Positions 45,060-53,357 of a DNA stretch of 64,000 nucleotides are shown here, one piece after another (the first letter of the stretch is position 1; every line of letters starts with the position of its first letter). Under the pieces are notes generated by a model. That model saw nothing but the letters and a program-made list of their open reading frames with translations, searched no databases and had not been told where the DNA came from. The position numbers were made by a program, and so were the translations under genes. Origin of the DNA: an uncultured Candidatus Saccharibacteria bacterium (GTDB taxonomy: Bacteria; Patescibacteriota; Doudnabacteria; UBA920); the NCBI GenBank assembly GCA_964505635.1, contig CAZDIP010000001.1, forward strand, positions 222,412 to 286,411, in the 5' to 3' direction.

Positions 45060-46088
45060 ATGAAAAAATTAAAAAAGCTATTGGAAACCTTTAACTATCA
45101 ATTACCAAAACAGTTAATTGCCCAAAAACCGACTGACCCACGCGACAGCGCAAGGCTTTTGGTATATAACAGATCGCTAAATACAATACAGTTCGATACT
45201 TTTTTTAACCTGCATAAATATTTACCAAAGGGTGCGGTTTTGGTATTTAACCAAACCAGAGTAATACCGGCCCGCTTGCCTTTATACAAACAAACCGGGG
45301 GCAGGGTAGACACTCTATATATAGGTCATGATAAAAAATACCTAAAAGTTTTAGCCAACAAAAATTTACCCATTAAAACAAAACTTCACATAGCTCGCGG
45401 CCGCGAGCTATGTGAAGTGGTAAAAAAACATAAAGGCACTTATTTCCTAAAGCCGAGTTTAAAAATTTCTGATTTTAAGATTATAATTTCTAAATATGGG
45501 CTTACCCCGCTGCCGCCGTATATAAAAAACTCACCCTTAACGGAAAAACAAAGGCGTAGCGCTTACCAAACAATGTTTGCTAAATCAGGGGCGTCTGTAG
45601 CAGCCCCGACTGCCAGCCTGCACTTCACTCCCAGAGTAGTTAAAAAACTTAAACAAGCAAAAATTGACCTTAAATTCGTAAGGCTGGACGTTAATTTAGG
45701 AACTTTCGCGCCGCTTAAAGAAAGCCAAATAAAAAACAAAAAACTTCATTCAGAAAACTATTTTATAGACTTAAAAACCGCAAAATTTATTACAAAGGCA
45801 AAAAAGCAGGGACGGCCTATAATTGCGGCAGGTACGACTGTAGCCAGAACTTTGGAAACCTACACTTTAAACAAACAACTTTCCGGCTCAACAGAACTTT
45901 TCATTCGTCCTCCTTACCAATTTAAAATAGTTGACGGGCTTATAACCAATTTTCATGTACCCCAAAGCAGCTTACTAATGTTAGTCGGAGCATTAATAGG
46001 AAAAGATAAACTACTGGAAATTTATGGGTTGGCAATAAAAAATAGATTTAGATTTTTTTCTTTTGGTGATGGTATGTTAATAATTTAA
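45060..46088 (+). CDS. queA: S-adenosylmethionine:tRNA ribosyltransferase-isomerase
   Basis: YQLPKQLIAQKPTDPRDSARLLVY start and C-terminal FFSFGDGML. Confidence 0.9.
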   Translation: MKKLKKLLETFNYQLPKQLIAQKPTDPRDSARLLVYNRSLNTIQFDTFFNLHKYLPKGAVLVFNQTRVIPARLPLYKQTGGRVDTLYIGHDKKYLKVLANKNLPIKTKLHIARGRELCEVVKKHKGTYFLKPSLKISDFKIIISKYGLTPLPPYIKNSPLTEKQRRSAYQTMFAKSGASVAAPTASLHFTPRVVKKLKQAKIDLKFVRLDVNLGTFAPLKESQIKNKKLHSENYFIDLKTAKFITKAKKQGRPIIAAGTTVARTLETYTLNKQLSGSTELFIRPPYQFKIVDGLITNFHVPQSSLLMLVGALIGKDKLLEIYGLAIKNRFRFFSFGDGMLII

Positions 46089-46169
46089 GCTTAAATAAGC
46101 CAAAAAGTACGCTGTTTTACACAATTTAAACTAAATTATTAAAAACCCTTGACACTTTATAAAAAAAGC

Positions 46170-46197
46170 CTTGATTTTATTGGGTTTTTTGTTAAAA
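46170..46197 (+). promoter_or_regulatory. Sigma70-type promoter upstream of hup
   Basis: TTGATT (46170-46175), 16-nt spacer, TGtTAAAAT (46189-46197). Confidence 0.5.
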
Positions 46198-46276
46198 TAA
46201 AACTAGATTTAAATAAAACAACTAATTTATCCCATTTGACCAAGTCGTTAAATTGGGGGAAAAAGGAAACCAAACA

Positions 46277-46549
46277 ATGACCAAGTCAGAAATTTTGCAA
46301 GGTTTAGCCGACAAATTAGGCAAAACCCGCAAAGAAGTCAGTGAATTTATGGACGCCATGGTAGATATGGCTTATACAGTAACCAAGAAAGAAGGCGAAT
46401 TTACCATCCCCGGCTTAGGCAAACTCTTAAAAAAACACCGCCTGGCTAGAATGGGTCGCAATCCTGCAACAGGCCAGCAAATCCAAATTCCCGCTAAGAC
46501 TGTCATTAAATTTAGAGTACTTAAGGCTGCCAAAGACGCCATATTATAA
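46277..46549 (+). CDS. hup: DNA-binding protein HU
   Basis: MTKSEILQGLADKLG start and RMGRNPATGQQIQIPAKTVIKFR arm. ATG at 46277 is preferred over the TTG at 46253. Confidence 0.9.
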   Translation: MTKSEILQGLADKLGKTRKEVSEFMDAMVDMAYTVTKKEGEFTIPGLGKLLKKHRLARMGRNPATGQQIQIPAKTVIKFRVLKAAKDAIL

Positions 46550-46564
46550 TATATAGCTTTTTGC

Positions 46565-46600
46565 AAAACCCTGTCCCAATTTATCGGGACAGGGTTTTTT
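46565..46600 (+). terminator. Rho-independent terminator
   Basis: AAAACCCTGTCCC / GGGACAGGGTTTT 13-bp stem plus a T-run. Confidence 0.8.
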
Positions 46601-46644
46601 GTGGTATAATGAATTACGACAGAAAACAAAAATGAAAAAATATC

Positions 46645-47085
46645 ATGAAAACAACTTTAAAAAAACTGCAATTGGAAACTAAAAAGCAGTTTGAGTTGGT
46701 TGATTTAACTTCCCACATTCAAATTGAGGTGGTTGAATCTGGTATTAACAACGGTATAGTGACCGTTTTTTCACCGCATACCACCGCTGGTATTAGGCTT
46801 AACCATAACGAACCGCTTTTAATTCAAGATTTCATGAAAACCCTTTACAGACTGGTGCCGGTTGACGTCAGCTATAGCCATGACTTGTTTGAGGTTAGAC
46901 AAAACGTCGCAGCCAACGAAAGAAGCAACGGACACGCTCATGTAAAAACTTTTTTAATAGGCAGCTCAGAAAGCTTGATCATTGACAAGGGCCATATTCT
47001 TCTCGGACAAAAACAAAGTATATTTTTTGTAGAAATGGACGGGGGCAGGGACAGGGAAGTATATATACGGCTTTTAGGAATATAA
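46645..47085 (+). CDS. YjbQ/UPF0047 family protein (secondary thiamine-phosphate synthase-like)
   Basis: SPHTTAGIRLNHNE and GHAHVKTFLIGSSE segments. Confidence 0.8.
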   Translation: MKTTLKKLQLETKKQFELVDLTSHIQIEVVESGINNGIVTVFSPHTTAGIRLNHNEPLLIQDFMKTLYRLVPVDVSYSHDLFEVRQNVAANERSNGHAHVKTFLIGSSESLIIDKGHILLGQKQSIFFVEMDGGRDREVYIRLLGI

Positions 47086-47091
47086 ATTTTT

Positions 47092-47119
47092 TAAACAGAG
47101 CGCTAAGGCTCTGTTTTTT
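47092..47119 (+). terminator. Rho-independent terminator
   Basis: AAACAGAGC / GCTCTGTTT stem followed by T7. Confidence 0.75.
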
Positions 47120-47133
47120 TGTGTCATTTTTTC

Positions 47134-47142
47134 TGCTATTAT
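47134..47142 (+). promoter_or_regulatory. Extended -10 box placed for a leaderless transcript
   Basis: TGcTATTAT ends 7 nt before the ATG at 47150. Confidence 0.45.
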
Positions 47143-47149
47143 ATATACT

Positions 47150-48001
47150 ATGCGAAAAAAGATTATAATTTTACTTTTTATAATCCTGGCAATTTTTTTA
47201 ACTGCTAGGCTAAATAAATATTTAATCCAAAAGCGGGCTAGACAAGAGGCTTATAATGCGGCTTTAAATAAAAAAGCTGAGGAAATTTCGCTAAAATTTC
47301 TGGAAGGGTGGAATAATACAGATATGGCTGAATATTTGGAACAGCAGGGTGTTTTAAAAAAAGACGAATTTTTAAAAAGCATCAGAGATTTTAACAACCT
47401 CAGCGATTGGGCTTTTTTACCAAAACAGGCGCAAGGCAATTTACAAGGTTTCCTATACCCCGATACCTACCGTTTTTTTAAAAATATTACCGACCGCTCG
47501 CAAACAACCGCCCAGGAAGCAGGAGAGGACGTAATAAAAAAACTTTTAAATAATTTTAAGGCAAAACTTCCGTCTAATGCCGAAATTAAAGCCAAAGAAC
47601 AGGGTTTAAGCCTTTACCAAGCCGTTATTTTGGCCTCCATTGTGGAAAAAGAAGCGAATAATTTCCCTAACGAAAAAGCCACCATTGCCGGAATATTTTA
47701 TAACAGGCTTAATATTGGCATGCCGCTGCAAAGCGACGCGACCGTAAATTATGCGACAGGCAAAAGCGAAGCCAGTCCCAGTTTGGTTGATTTAGAAATA
47801 AATTCGCCGTATAATACTTATAAGCACAAGGGTCTGCCGCCAACACCCATTTGCAACCCTTCCACAGCCTCTATAAACGCGGTTCTAAATCCTATTGATT
47901 CAGAATTTTTATATTATCTCCACGACCAAAAAACCGGCGAGCCGTATTACGCCCAAACCCACGAAGAGCATATACAAAATAAGTTTAAATATTTAAAATA
48001 A
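47150..48001 (+). CDS. mltG: Endolytic murein transglycosylase MltG (YceG family)
   Basis: N-terminal TM helix. ASIVEKEA and GIFYNRLNIGMPLQSDATVNY signatures. Confidence 0.9.
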   Translation: MRKKIIILLFIILAIFLTARLNKYLIQKRARQEAYNAALNKKAEEISLKFLEGWNNTDMAEYLEQQGVLKKDEFLKSIRDFNNLSDWAFLPKQAQGNLQGFLYPDTYRFFKNITDRSQTTAQEAGEDVIKKLLNNFKAKLPSNAEIKAKEQGLSLYQAVILASIVEKEANNFPNEKATIAGIFYNRLNIGMPLQSDATVNYATGKSEASPSLVDLEINSPYNTYKHKGLPPTPICNPSTASINAVLNPIDSEFLYYLHDQKTGEPYYAQTHEEHIQNKFKYLK

Positions 48002-48006
48002 ATTAT

Positions 48007-48381
48007 ATGAACAGGGAAAAAGAAACAGGCTTTGTTAACGATTGTGAATTTTTTTTTGAATTTCCTAACGCGCAAATTAAAGCAAGCGCGGAAGACTTCC
48101 TTAAAAATCAGCTTAAACAAAGTATAGAAACTTTAGCTCATGGGGTAGATAATCACCAAGATATAATATTACATGCTTCAAACGTGGTCATACAACAAGA
48201 CCCAAAAAGGCCTGAGGGTTTAAAAATTGCTTTTAGAGTTAAACCAAACCACCTTAATCCTAAACAGCTCGAAAGCACATTGCTTGATATGCTTCATTCC
48301 CAAGGCTTTGAACTAAACAAGCTTAGCGGAACGGAAGAAACCTACGAAGTTGTTAACGGTGAAATCACAAACCTAAATTAG
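48007..48381 (+). CDS. Hypothetical protein
   Basis: 124-aa ORF. Its 3' end overlaps convergent fmt by 9 nt. Confidence 0.35.
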   Translation: MNREKETGFVNDCEFFFEFPNAQIKASAEDFLKNQLKQSIETLAHGVDNHQDIILHASNVVIQQDPKRPEGLKIAFRVKPNHLNPKQLESTLLDMLHSQGFELNKLSGTEETYEVVNGEITNLN

Positions 48382-49305
48382 TAAAGAACTGATAAAATTT
48401 CTGTTTCCATTCAAAAAATCTAAAATAGGCATTTCTTTTTTACCCTCCAAGTGGAGGGTTTTTATTTTTAGTGCCGTGTTTTTTCCGCACACCACAAAAC
48501 CGTCTTCCATAACACCGCCGCTTGTTTGTATAAGCGAGGACTGGTGGGGATTGTACTGAATGGACATATCGGTAATTTTTAAAGTTTTACCCTGCCAGGT
48601 AGTCCAAACTCCGGGCCAGGGGTAAAAAGCGCGAAACTGATTATAAATTTCCTGGGCGGTTTTTTGCCAGTTTATTCTGCCGTCAGCCTTGGCAATAATT
48701 TTTGTGTAAGTCGCGGCTCCTTCGTCCTGGGGCAGGGGAGTAATTTTACCTGAAGTGTAATCTTCAATAACTTTGTTAATAACGTTTGCGGATTTGTAGG
48801 CAAGTTTTTCAGAAAGCGTTATAAAATTATCATCAGCTTCTATAGGCAGGGTTTCCGAAAAAAGCCAGGGTCCGTGGTCAACTTTTTCGTCCAAAATAAA
48901 TATGGAGGTGCCGGTTTCCATATCTCCATTTAATAAAGCGTACTGAATAGGGGAGGGACCGCGATACTTTGGCAAAACCGAAAAATGTACATTAATGGTT
49001 TTATATTTTGGCAAGTTAATTATTTCGAGAGGCAAAATTTGGCCGTAAGAAACCACCACAAAAATATCCGCCCCAAAATTTAGCAATTCATTGTAAAACT
49101 GCTTATTACCCTTAACCTTCTCCGGTTTTAATATTTTTAACTTTATTTCATTGGCTAAAACGCTGACAGGGGACTCCTGAATTTCCTGCTTCCTGCCAAC
49201 TTTTCCATCCGGCTGCGTAACCACTGCCAAAATTTCGTGCTGTTTTGCAAGCGCTTCTAGTATAGGCAACGCTACATTAGACGTACCAAAAAATACTATT
49301 TTCAT
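48373..49305 (-). CDS. fmt: Methionyl-tRNA formyltransferase
   Basis: MKIVFFGTS start, NVHFSVLPKYRG (HxSLLPxxRG), C-terminal OB-like domain. Confidence 0.95.
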   Translation of the reverse strand: MKIVFFGTSNVALPILEALAKQHEILAVVTQPDGKVGRKQEIQESPVSVLANEIKLKILKPEKVKGNKQFYNELLNFGADIFVVVSYGQILPLEIINLPKYKTINVHFSVLPKYRGPSPIQYALLNGDMETGTSIFILDEKVDHGPWLFSETLPIEADDNFITLSEKLAYKSANVINKVIEDYTSGKITPLPQDEGAATYTKIIAKADGRINWQKTAQEIYNQFRAFYPWPGVWTTWQGKTLKITDMSIQYNPHQSSLIQTSGGVMEDGFVVCGKNTALKIKTLHLEGKKEMPILDFLNGNRNFISSLLI

Positions 49306-49528
49306 ATGAATCGCTGATTACTCACTGATAGCAAAGCGGATGTTACGATAACTTAACACAACCCTGTCATTCCGGAATTTTTATATTGTTATTAAAAATG
49401 TCCGAAATCTATTTAATACTCGGTGCTGGATCCCGGACATTTTTTGCTACGATAAATCTCAATTCAAAAAATTCCGATATACCAGAGTGTTTATTCATTA
49501 CTCTCTAACTATAACAAAAATCCTGATA

Positions 49529-49557
49529 TTGACAAAACCGCTTATTTATAATAAAAT
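49529..49557 (+). promoter_or_regulatory. Sigma70-type promoter for the small plus-strand ORF
   Basis: TTGACA (49529-49534), 17-nt spacer, TAAAAT (49552-49557). Confidence 0.5.
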
Positions 49558-49647
49558 ATTGCGACCTATAGAAAAAAATTGGTGTATGATTGGGGTTTGC
49601 TGGTGGTGATTCCTAGAGGACCTTGAACAAAAAAACAAGGAGATTTT

Positions 49648-49809
49648 ATGTTTAACTTCACTAGGACCGGTTGGTACCGACGGGAGGCTTGGCTGATAAA
49701 GAAAATGGATCGACTGTCATTAGAAGGATGGGTATTTATATCTTTCCTGTGGACTGACGGTCAAATCGAGGCCTACTTCCGGCGCAAAGCAACCAAAAAA
49801 CCCAAGTAA
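49648..49809 (+). CDS. Small protein (53 aa), possibly DUF4177-like
   Basis: Manual translation gives MFNFTRTGWYRREAWLIKKMDRLSLEGWVFISFLWTDGQIEAYFRRKATKKPK. Strong SD AAGGAG 6 nt upstream, with its own promoter and terminator. The EGW..(x12)..FRRK pattern is reminiscent of DUF4177. Confidence 0.45.
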   Translation: MFNFTRTGWYRREAWLIKKMDRLSLEGWVFISFLWTDGQIEAYFRRKATKKPK

Positions 49810-49816
49810 CCCCATC

Positions 49817-49847
49817 GCGGGAGCATATGCTCCCGCTTCTTTTTTTA
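49817..49847. terminator. Terminator shared by the small ORF and the convergent exonuclease gene
   Basis: GCGGGAGC-ATAT-GCTCCCGC stem followed by TTCTTTTTTT. Confidence 0.75.
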
Positions 49848-50399
49848 TTTCACAATCTTTCTTAAAATTTCCGCCTCAATCCTGCAGTCGGTAAGACCGT
49901 CGTGGCGGCTTTGGGACTTAATTTTAAACTTCCGCATTAAATCTTCCAAACTAAATCCGGTAAATTTTTTATTATTTTTAAGCTGGTTTTTTAAAGCCAA
50001 ATGCGCATAAAAAAACGCCCAAAGGTTAAAGTAGTGGTAATCAAACTGCCATTTTAAATTATGTTTATAGTAGGCGGCCCGTAAAAAATCCATATCCACG
50101 GGCCCGCCGTAATAGCTTAAAATTACCCGCTGGGGATTAAACTGTTTGTTAAATTCTTTTAGTACATCTTTAAGCGGGGGAGCGGCATTTAGCCATTCTT
50201 TTTTTACGCCATTTATCCGCATAGACTCCCTGTCTCTTAACTGCCATTTAAGAGGTTTTATGTAAGCATTAAAAACCGCTTTTTCGTTTAAAGTCTTTTT
50301 GTCTAAAAGCACGGCCGAAAGCTGAATTATTTCCTGCCGAAAAGAGTCCAGGCCTGTGGTTTCCAGATCTACCAGTAATAAATCTTTATAAAAATTCAT
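49845..50399 (-). CDS. DEDDh 3'-5' exonuclease (DnaQ/epsilon-like)
   Basis: ExoI VDLETTG and ExoIII HDGLTD (Hx4D). Confidence 0.8.
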   Translation of the reverse strand: MNFYKDLLLVDLETTGLDSFRQEIIQLSAVLLDKKTLNEKAVFNAYIKPLKWQLRDRESMRINGVKKEWLNAAPPLKDVLKEFNKQFNPQRVILSYYGGPVDMDFLRAAYYKHNLKWQFDYHYFNLWAFFYAHLALKNQLKNNKKFTGFSLEDLMRKFKIKSQSRHDGLTDCRIEAEILRKIVK

Positions 50400-50400
50400 A

Positions 50401-50937
50401 TCAAGCTTCTTTAATTATTTTTCTAAATATTTCGGCCTCAAGGCGCACTTTTTCCATTGCATCGTTTGGATGTTTTTGCTTTAAATTAAAATGGTCTAAA
50501 AATGTATTAAAGGTAGGCATTTTTTTTAAACCGTAATTTAATGTGTAAATATACCCCAAGGTCCATAGCTCTATAACATGGGAACCATAGTCAAACGGCA
50601 CCAAGGCTTTTTTAAATGCGGCCTTTAAAAACAAGATATTGGCCACATTATGGGTTGCCAATAAAAAATTACTGCCCAATTTATTGTGAAATTGTTTTAC
50701 TACATCGTAGACTTTTGCGCTTTTTTTTAAAACATTATATTCAATTCCAAGCAATTTGGAATGCTGATTTATAACGGCATCCAAATAACTTACTCGCACA
50801 AACGAATTGAAGTTGGCCTTTTCCAAAAGATTGTCTTTATCAAGCAGAACTGCTGAAAGCTGGATAACCGAATCCTTATCGGTGTCCTGTCCGGTTGTGG
50901 TAACTTCAAAAAATAATAGATCTTTAATAAATTTCAT
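50401..50937 (-). CDS. DnaQ-like exonuclease paralog with degenerate catalytic motifs
   Basis: Same length and N-terminus (MKFIKDLLFF vs MNFYKDLLLV). ExoI is FFEVTTTG (first Asp lost) and ExoIII is HPNDAM (no Hx4D). ATG at 50937 preferred. Confidence 0.6.
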   Translation of the reverse strand: MKFIKDLLFFEVTTTGQDTDKDSVIQLSAVLLDKDNLLEKANFNSFVRVSYLDAVINQHSKLLGIEYNVLKKSAKVYDVVKQFHNKLGSNFLLATHNVANILFLKAAFKKALVPFDYGSHVIELWTLGYIYTLNYGLKKMPTFNTFLDHFNLKQKHPNDAMEKVRLEAEIFRKIIKEA

Positions 50938-51015
50938 AAGCAGTAATCTCAAATATACAAATCTTTCCAAATATACAAATTTAAATGCATTGCCTGATTT
51001 GTATATTTGCGAACA

Positions 51016-51495
51016 CTACTTTATCAACTCTTCACCCTGAGTATATTTTTTTATCAAATCAATAATTAAAATTCCGTTAATATGGTCAATTTCATGCTGC
51101 GCCACTCTGGAAACCCAGCCGTCGTCGGTTATGGTTATTTTTTCCCCTAAGTTGTTCTGCCCTTCAATAGTTACTTTTTTTGGCCTTTTAACCATGCCGT
51201 ATACTCCGGGAATAGAAAGGCAGCCTTCTTCGATTTCTACCCTTTTGAAACTTTTGGATTTAATTTTAGGGTTGTAAAGCGCAAAAGTAGGGATTCCCGA
51301 TTTTTCCAGGTTAATAATTACCAGTTTGACTGGTTTTCCAACCTGTGGCGCTGCCAAGCCAATACCATCTGAGTTACGCACCGTGTCTATCATGTCTTTG
51401 GTTAATTTCTTGATTTCCGAAGACAAAGGAAAAACCACAGGCTCTGTTTTAGCCCGTAGCACCGGATCCGGGTATTTTTTAATTGGTAAAGTCAT
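51016..51495 (-). CDS. def: Peptide deformylase
   Basis: GIGLAAPQVG, EGCLSIPG and QHEIDH motifs. Confidence 0.95.
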   Translation of the reverse strand: MTLPIKKYPDPVLRAKTEPVVFPLSSEIKKLTKDMIDTVRNSDGIGLAAPQVGKPVKLVIINLEKSGIPTFALYNPKIKSKSFKRVEIEEGCLSIPGVYGMVKRPKKVTIEGQNNLGEKITITDDGWVSRVAQHEIDHINGILIIDLIKKYTQGEELIK

Positions 51496-51509
51496 AACAC
51501 AAAAGATTA

Positions 51510-51932
51510 TTATACTATTTGCGGATCAGACGGTTCATCCTCAACTTCAACACCGCCTAAAAAAGTAATATCTCCTTCTTGTATTTGATCTGCCGCCCCT
51601 GAATTCCAACCAGGCGGATTTTCAAAATTCGATTCTTTTTTTTCTTTCTCATTAATTTTTTTTTCCATATTATTTTTCTTAATTAAATAAGCAAAAAGTT
51701 TACCTGGGGTTTGGGCATTTTTATTTTCCAAAATTTCTCCCATCAATTTTCTTAAAAAATTATGATCGTAAGTTACTGCCATTTTTAAATAAAAACCAAA
51801 ATGTTTTTTGTCATTCAACTTAACGCTAAGCTCTTCGGCCAGTAAATGAGCAGGGGAGTGGAGATATTTATTTGCCTTAGATTTTTTTTGTACTCTTTCC
51901 GAGGCTTTGGCAATTTTACCTAGAGATTCCAT
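51510..51932 (-). CDS. Hypothetical protein
   Basis: 140-aa ORF upstream of def with a Lys/Glu-rich middle. Confidence 0.35.
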   Translation of the reverse strand: MESLGKIAKASERVQKKSKANKYLHSPAHLLAEELSVKLNDKKHFGFYLKMAVTYDHNFLRKLMGEILENKNAQTPGKLFAYLIKKNNMEKKINEKEKKESNFENPPGWNSGAADQIQEGDITFLGGVEVEDEPSDPQIV

Positions 51933-51988
51933 AATCGGATTATATACGATTTAATTAAAAAAAGCTATTAAAACCCGCGGTTTTAAGC

Positions 51989-51994
51989 TATAAT
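51989..51994 (+). promoter_or_regulatory. -10 box placed for a leaderless transcript
   Basis: TATAAT ends 6 nt before the ATG at 52001. Confidence 0.4.
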
Positions 51995-52000
51995 TGCTTT

Positions 52001-53311
52001 ATGACCACATTTGAAGTTGCCGAACTTAAAATTACCGCGATAACAAAAGCAGAATTTCTTACAACAGTTTTGCGGCGAATTAAAAATAACCAAAAAACCT
52101 GGGTTACCACTTTATACTCTGAATTTTTATATGCATCTATAAAAGACAAAAAAAATCTTGAGATGCTAAATAAAGCAGATATAGCCCTGCCTGACGGCAT
52201 TGGTATTTTTTGGGCACATAAATTTTTAAGCTTGTCCTTAAGTGCAAAGTCACGTTACGGCAAAATTTTACAAGGCCTGTGGCAGGTATTGGTTACTCTA
52301 TATAAATTTTCGCTTCCCGAAGCTTTTGGAGGAACCAAGGGAGAAATTAGCGGATCAAGAGAACGGATCCCCGGCTCAGAACTTATTTGGGATTTGGCAA
52401 GACTTGCGCAAGAAAATAACCTTTCAATTTATCTATTAGGGGGATTTGGCAATACGCCGAAGCTTGCGGCAAATACTCTAATATCTAAATATCCCGATAT
52501 TCAAATTGCCGGATATTCTACTAAAAACCCTGATGATAAAGATATTATTGCAGATCTAAAATCGGCAAATCCCGACATTCTCCTTGTTGCCTACGGCCCT
52601 ATAAGGCAAGAGGCCTGGATATATGCAAATCTAAACAATTTGCCCGCTAAACTGGTTATTGGCCTTGGAGGCACTTTTGATTATTTGGCCAAAAAACGCC
52701 TAAAAGCGGCCAAATTTATAAGCCATGCGGGCTTTGAATGGCTATTTAGATTAATTACCCAGCCTTACAGGCTGAAACGGATTTTCCAGGCCACCTTAGG
52801 TTTAATAGCACTCTTAGCGGAATACAAACTTTTTAACAGCTTGCCCTACAGGCAAAACGCGGTAGCTGTAATTATTAACAAGCAACGTAAAATTTTCGTC
52901 GGACTAAGGAATGAAAAAAATAAACAAGACGACAAACAACCTCACTGGCAATTGCCGCAGGGAGGAATTGAGGAAGGCGAGGATTTCATGCAGGCGGCAA
53001 AAAGAGAAGCTTTGGAGGAAACCGGCATAACTTCTTTAAAATTTATTTTTAAATCAGCCAGTCAAAATTCTTACCTCTGGCCTTTAGGCCATAGCAAAAA
53101 ATATAAAGGCCAGAATCAGCATATTTTTTACTTTTTGTTTACCGGACAGGAAACGGAAGTTAATTTGCATTACCACGACTCGCATGAATTTATGAGTTAT
53201 AAGTGGATCGGACCGGATAAACTATACGAGACTATCCATGACTACAGAAAAAACTTGATAAAAATAGTATTAAACGATTTGAAGGAAATGTCACAAAAAG
53301 CTATAATATAA
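52001..53311 (+). CDS. Fusion protein: WecG/TagA/CpsF (GT26) glycosyltransferase + C-terminal Nudix hydrolase
   Basis: N-terminal ~270 aa has GT26 landmarks (ALPDGIGIFW, YLLGG, VGLGGTFDY, GFEWLFRL). The C-terminus has the Nudix box GGIEEGEDFMQAAKREALEETGI. Confidence 0.75.
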   Translation: MTTFEVAELKITAITKAEFLTTVLRRIKNNQKTWVTTLYSEFLYASIKDKKNLEMLNKADIALPDGIGIFWAHKFLSLSLSAKSRYGKILQGLWQVLVTLYKFSLPEAFGGTKGEISGSRERIPGSELIWDLARLAQENNLSIYLLGGFGNTPKLAANTLISKYPDIQIAGYSTKNPDDKDIIADLKSANPDILLVAYGPIRQEAWIYANLNNLPAKLVIGLGGTFDYLAKKRLKAAKFISHAGFEWLFRLITQPYRLKRIFQATLGLIALLAEYKLFNSLPYRQNAVAVIINKQRKIFVGLRNEKNKQDDKQPHWQLPQGGIEEGEDFMQAAKREALEETGITSLKFIFKSASQNSYLWPLGHSKKYKGQNQHIFYFLFTGQETEVNLHYHDSHEFMSYKWIGPDKLYETIHDYRKNLIKIVLNDLKEMSQKAII

Positions 53312-53357
53312 AGGAAATCATCTGCAAAACTTTTTTTAACTATTCTTGTCAATTTTT

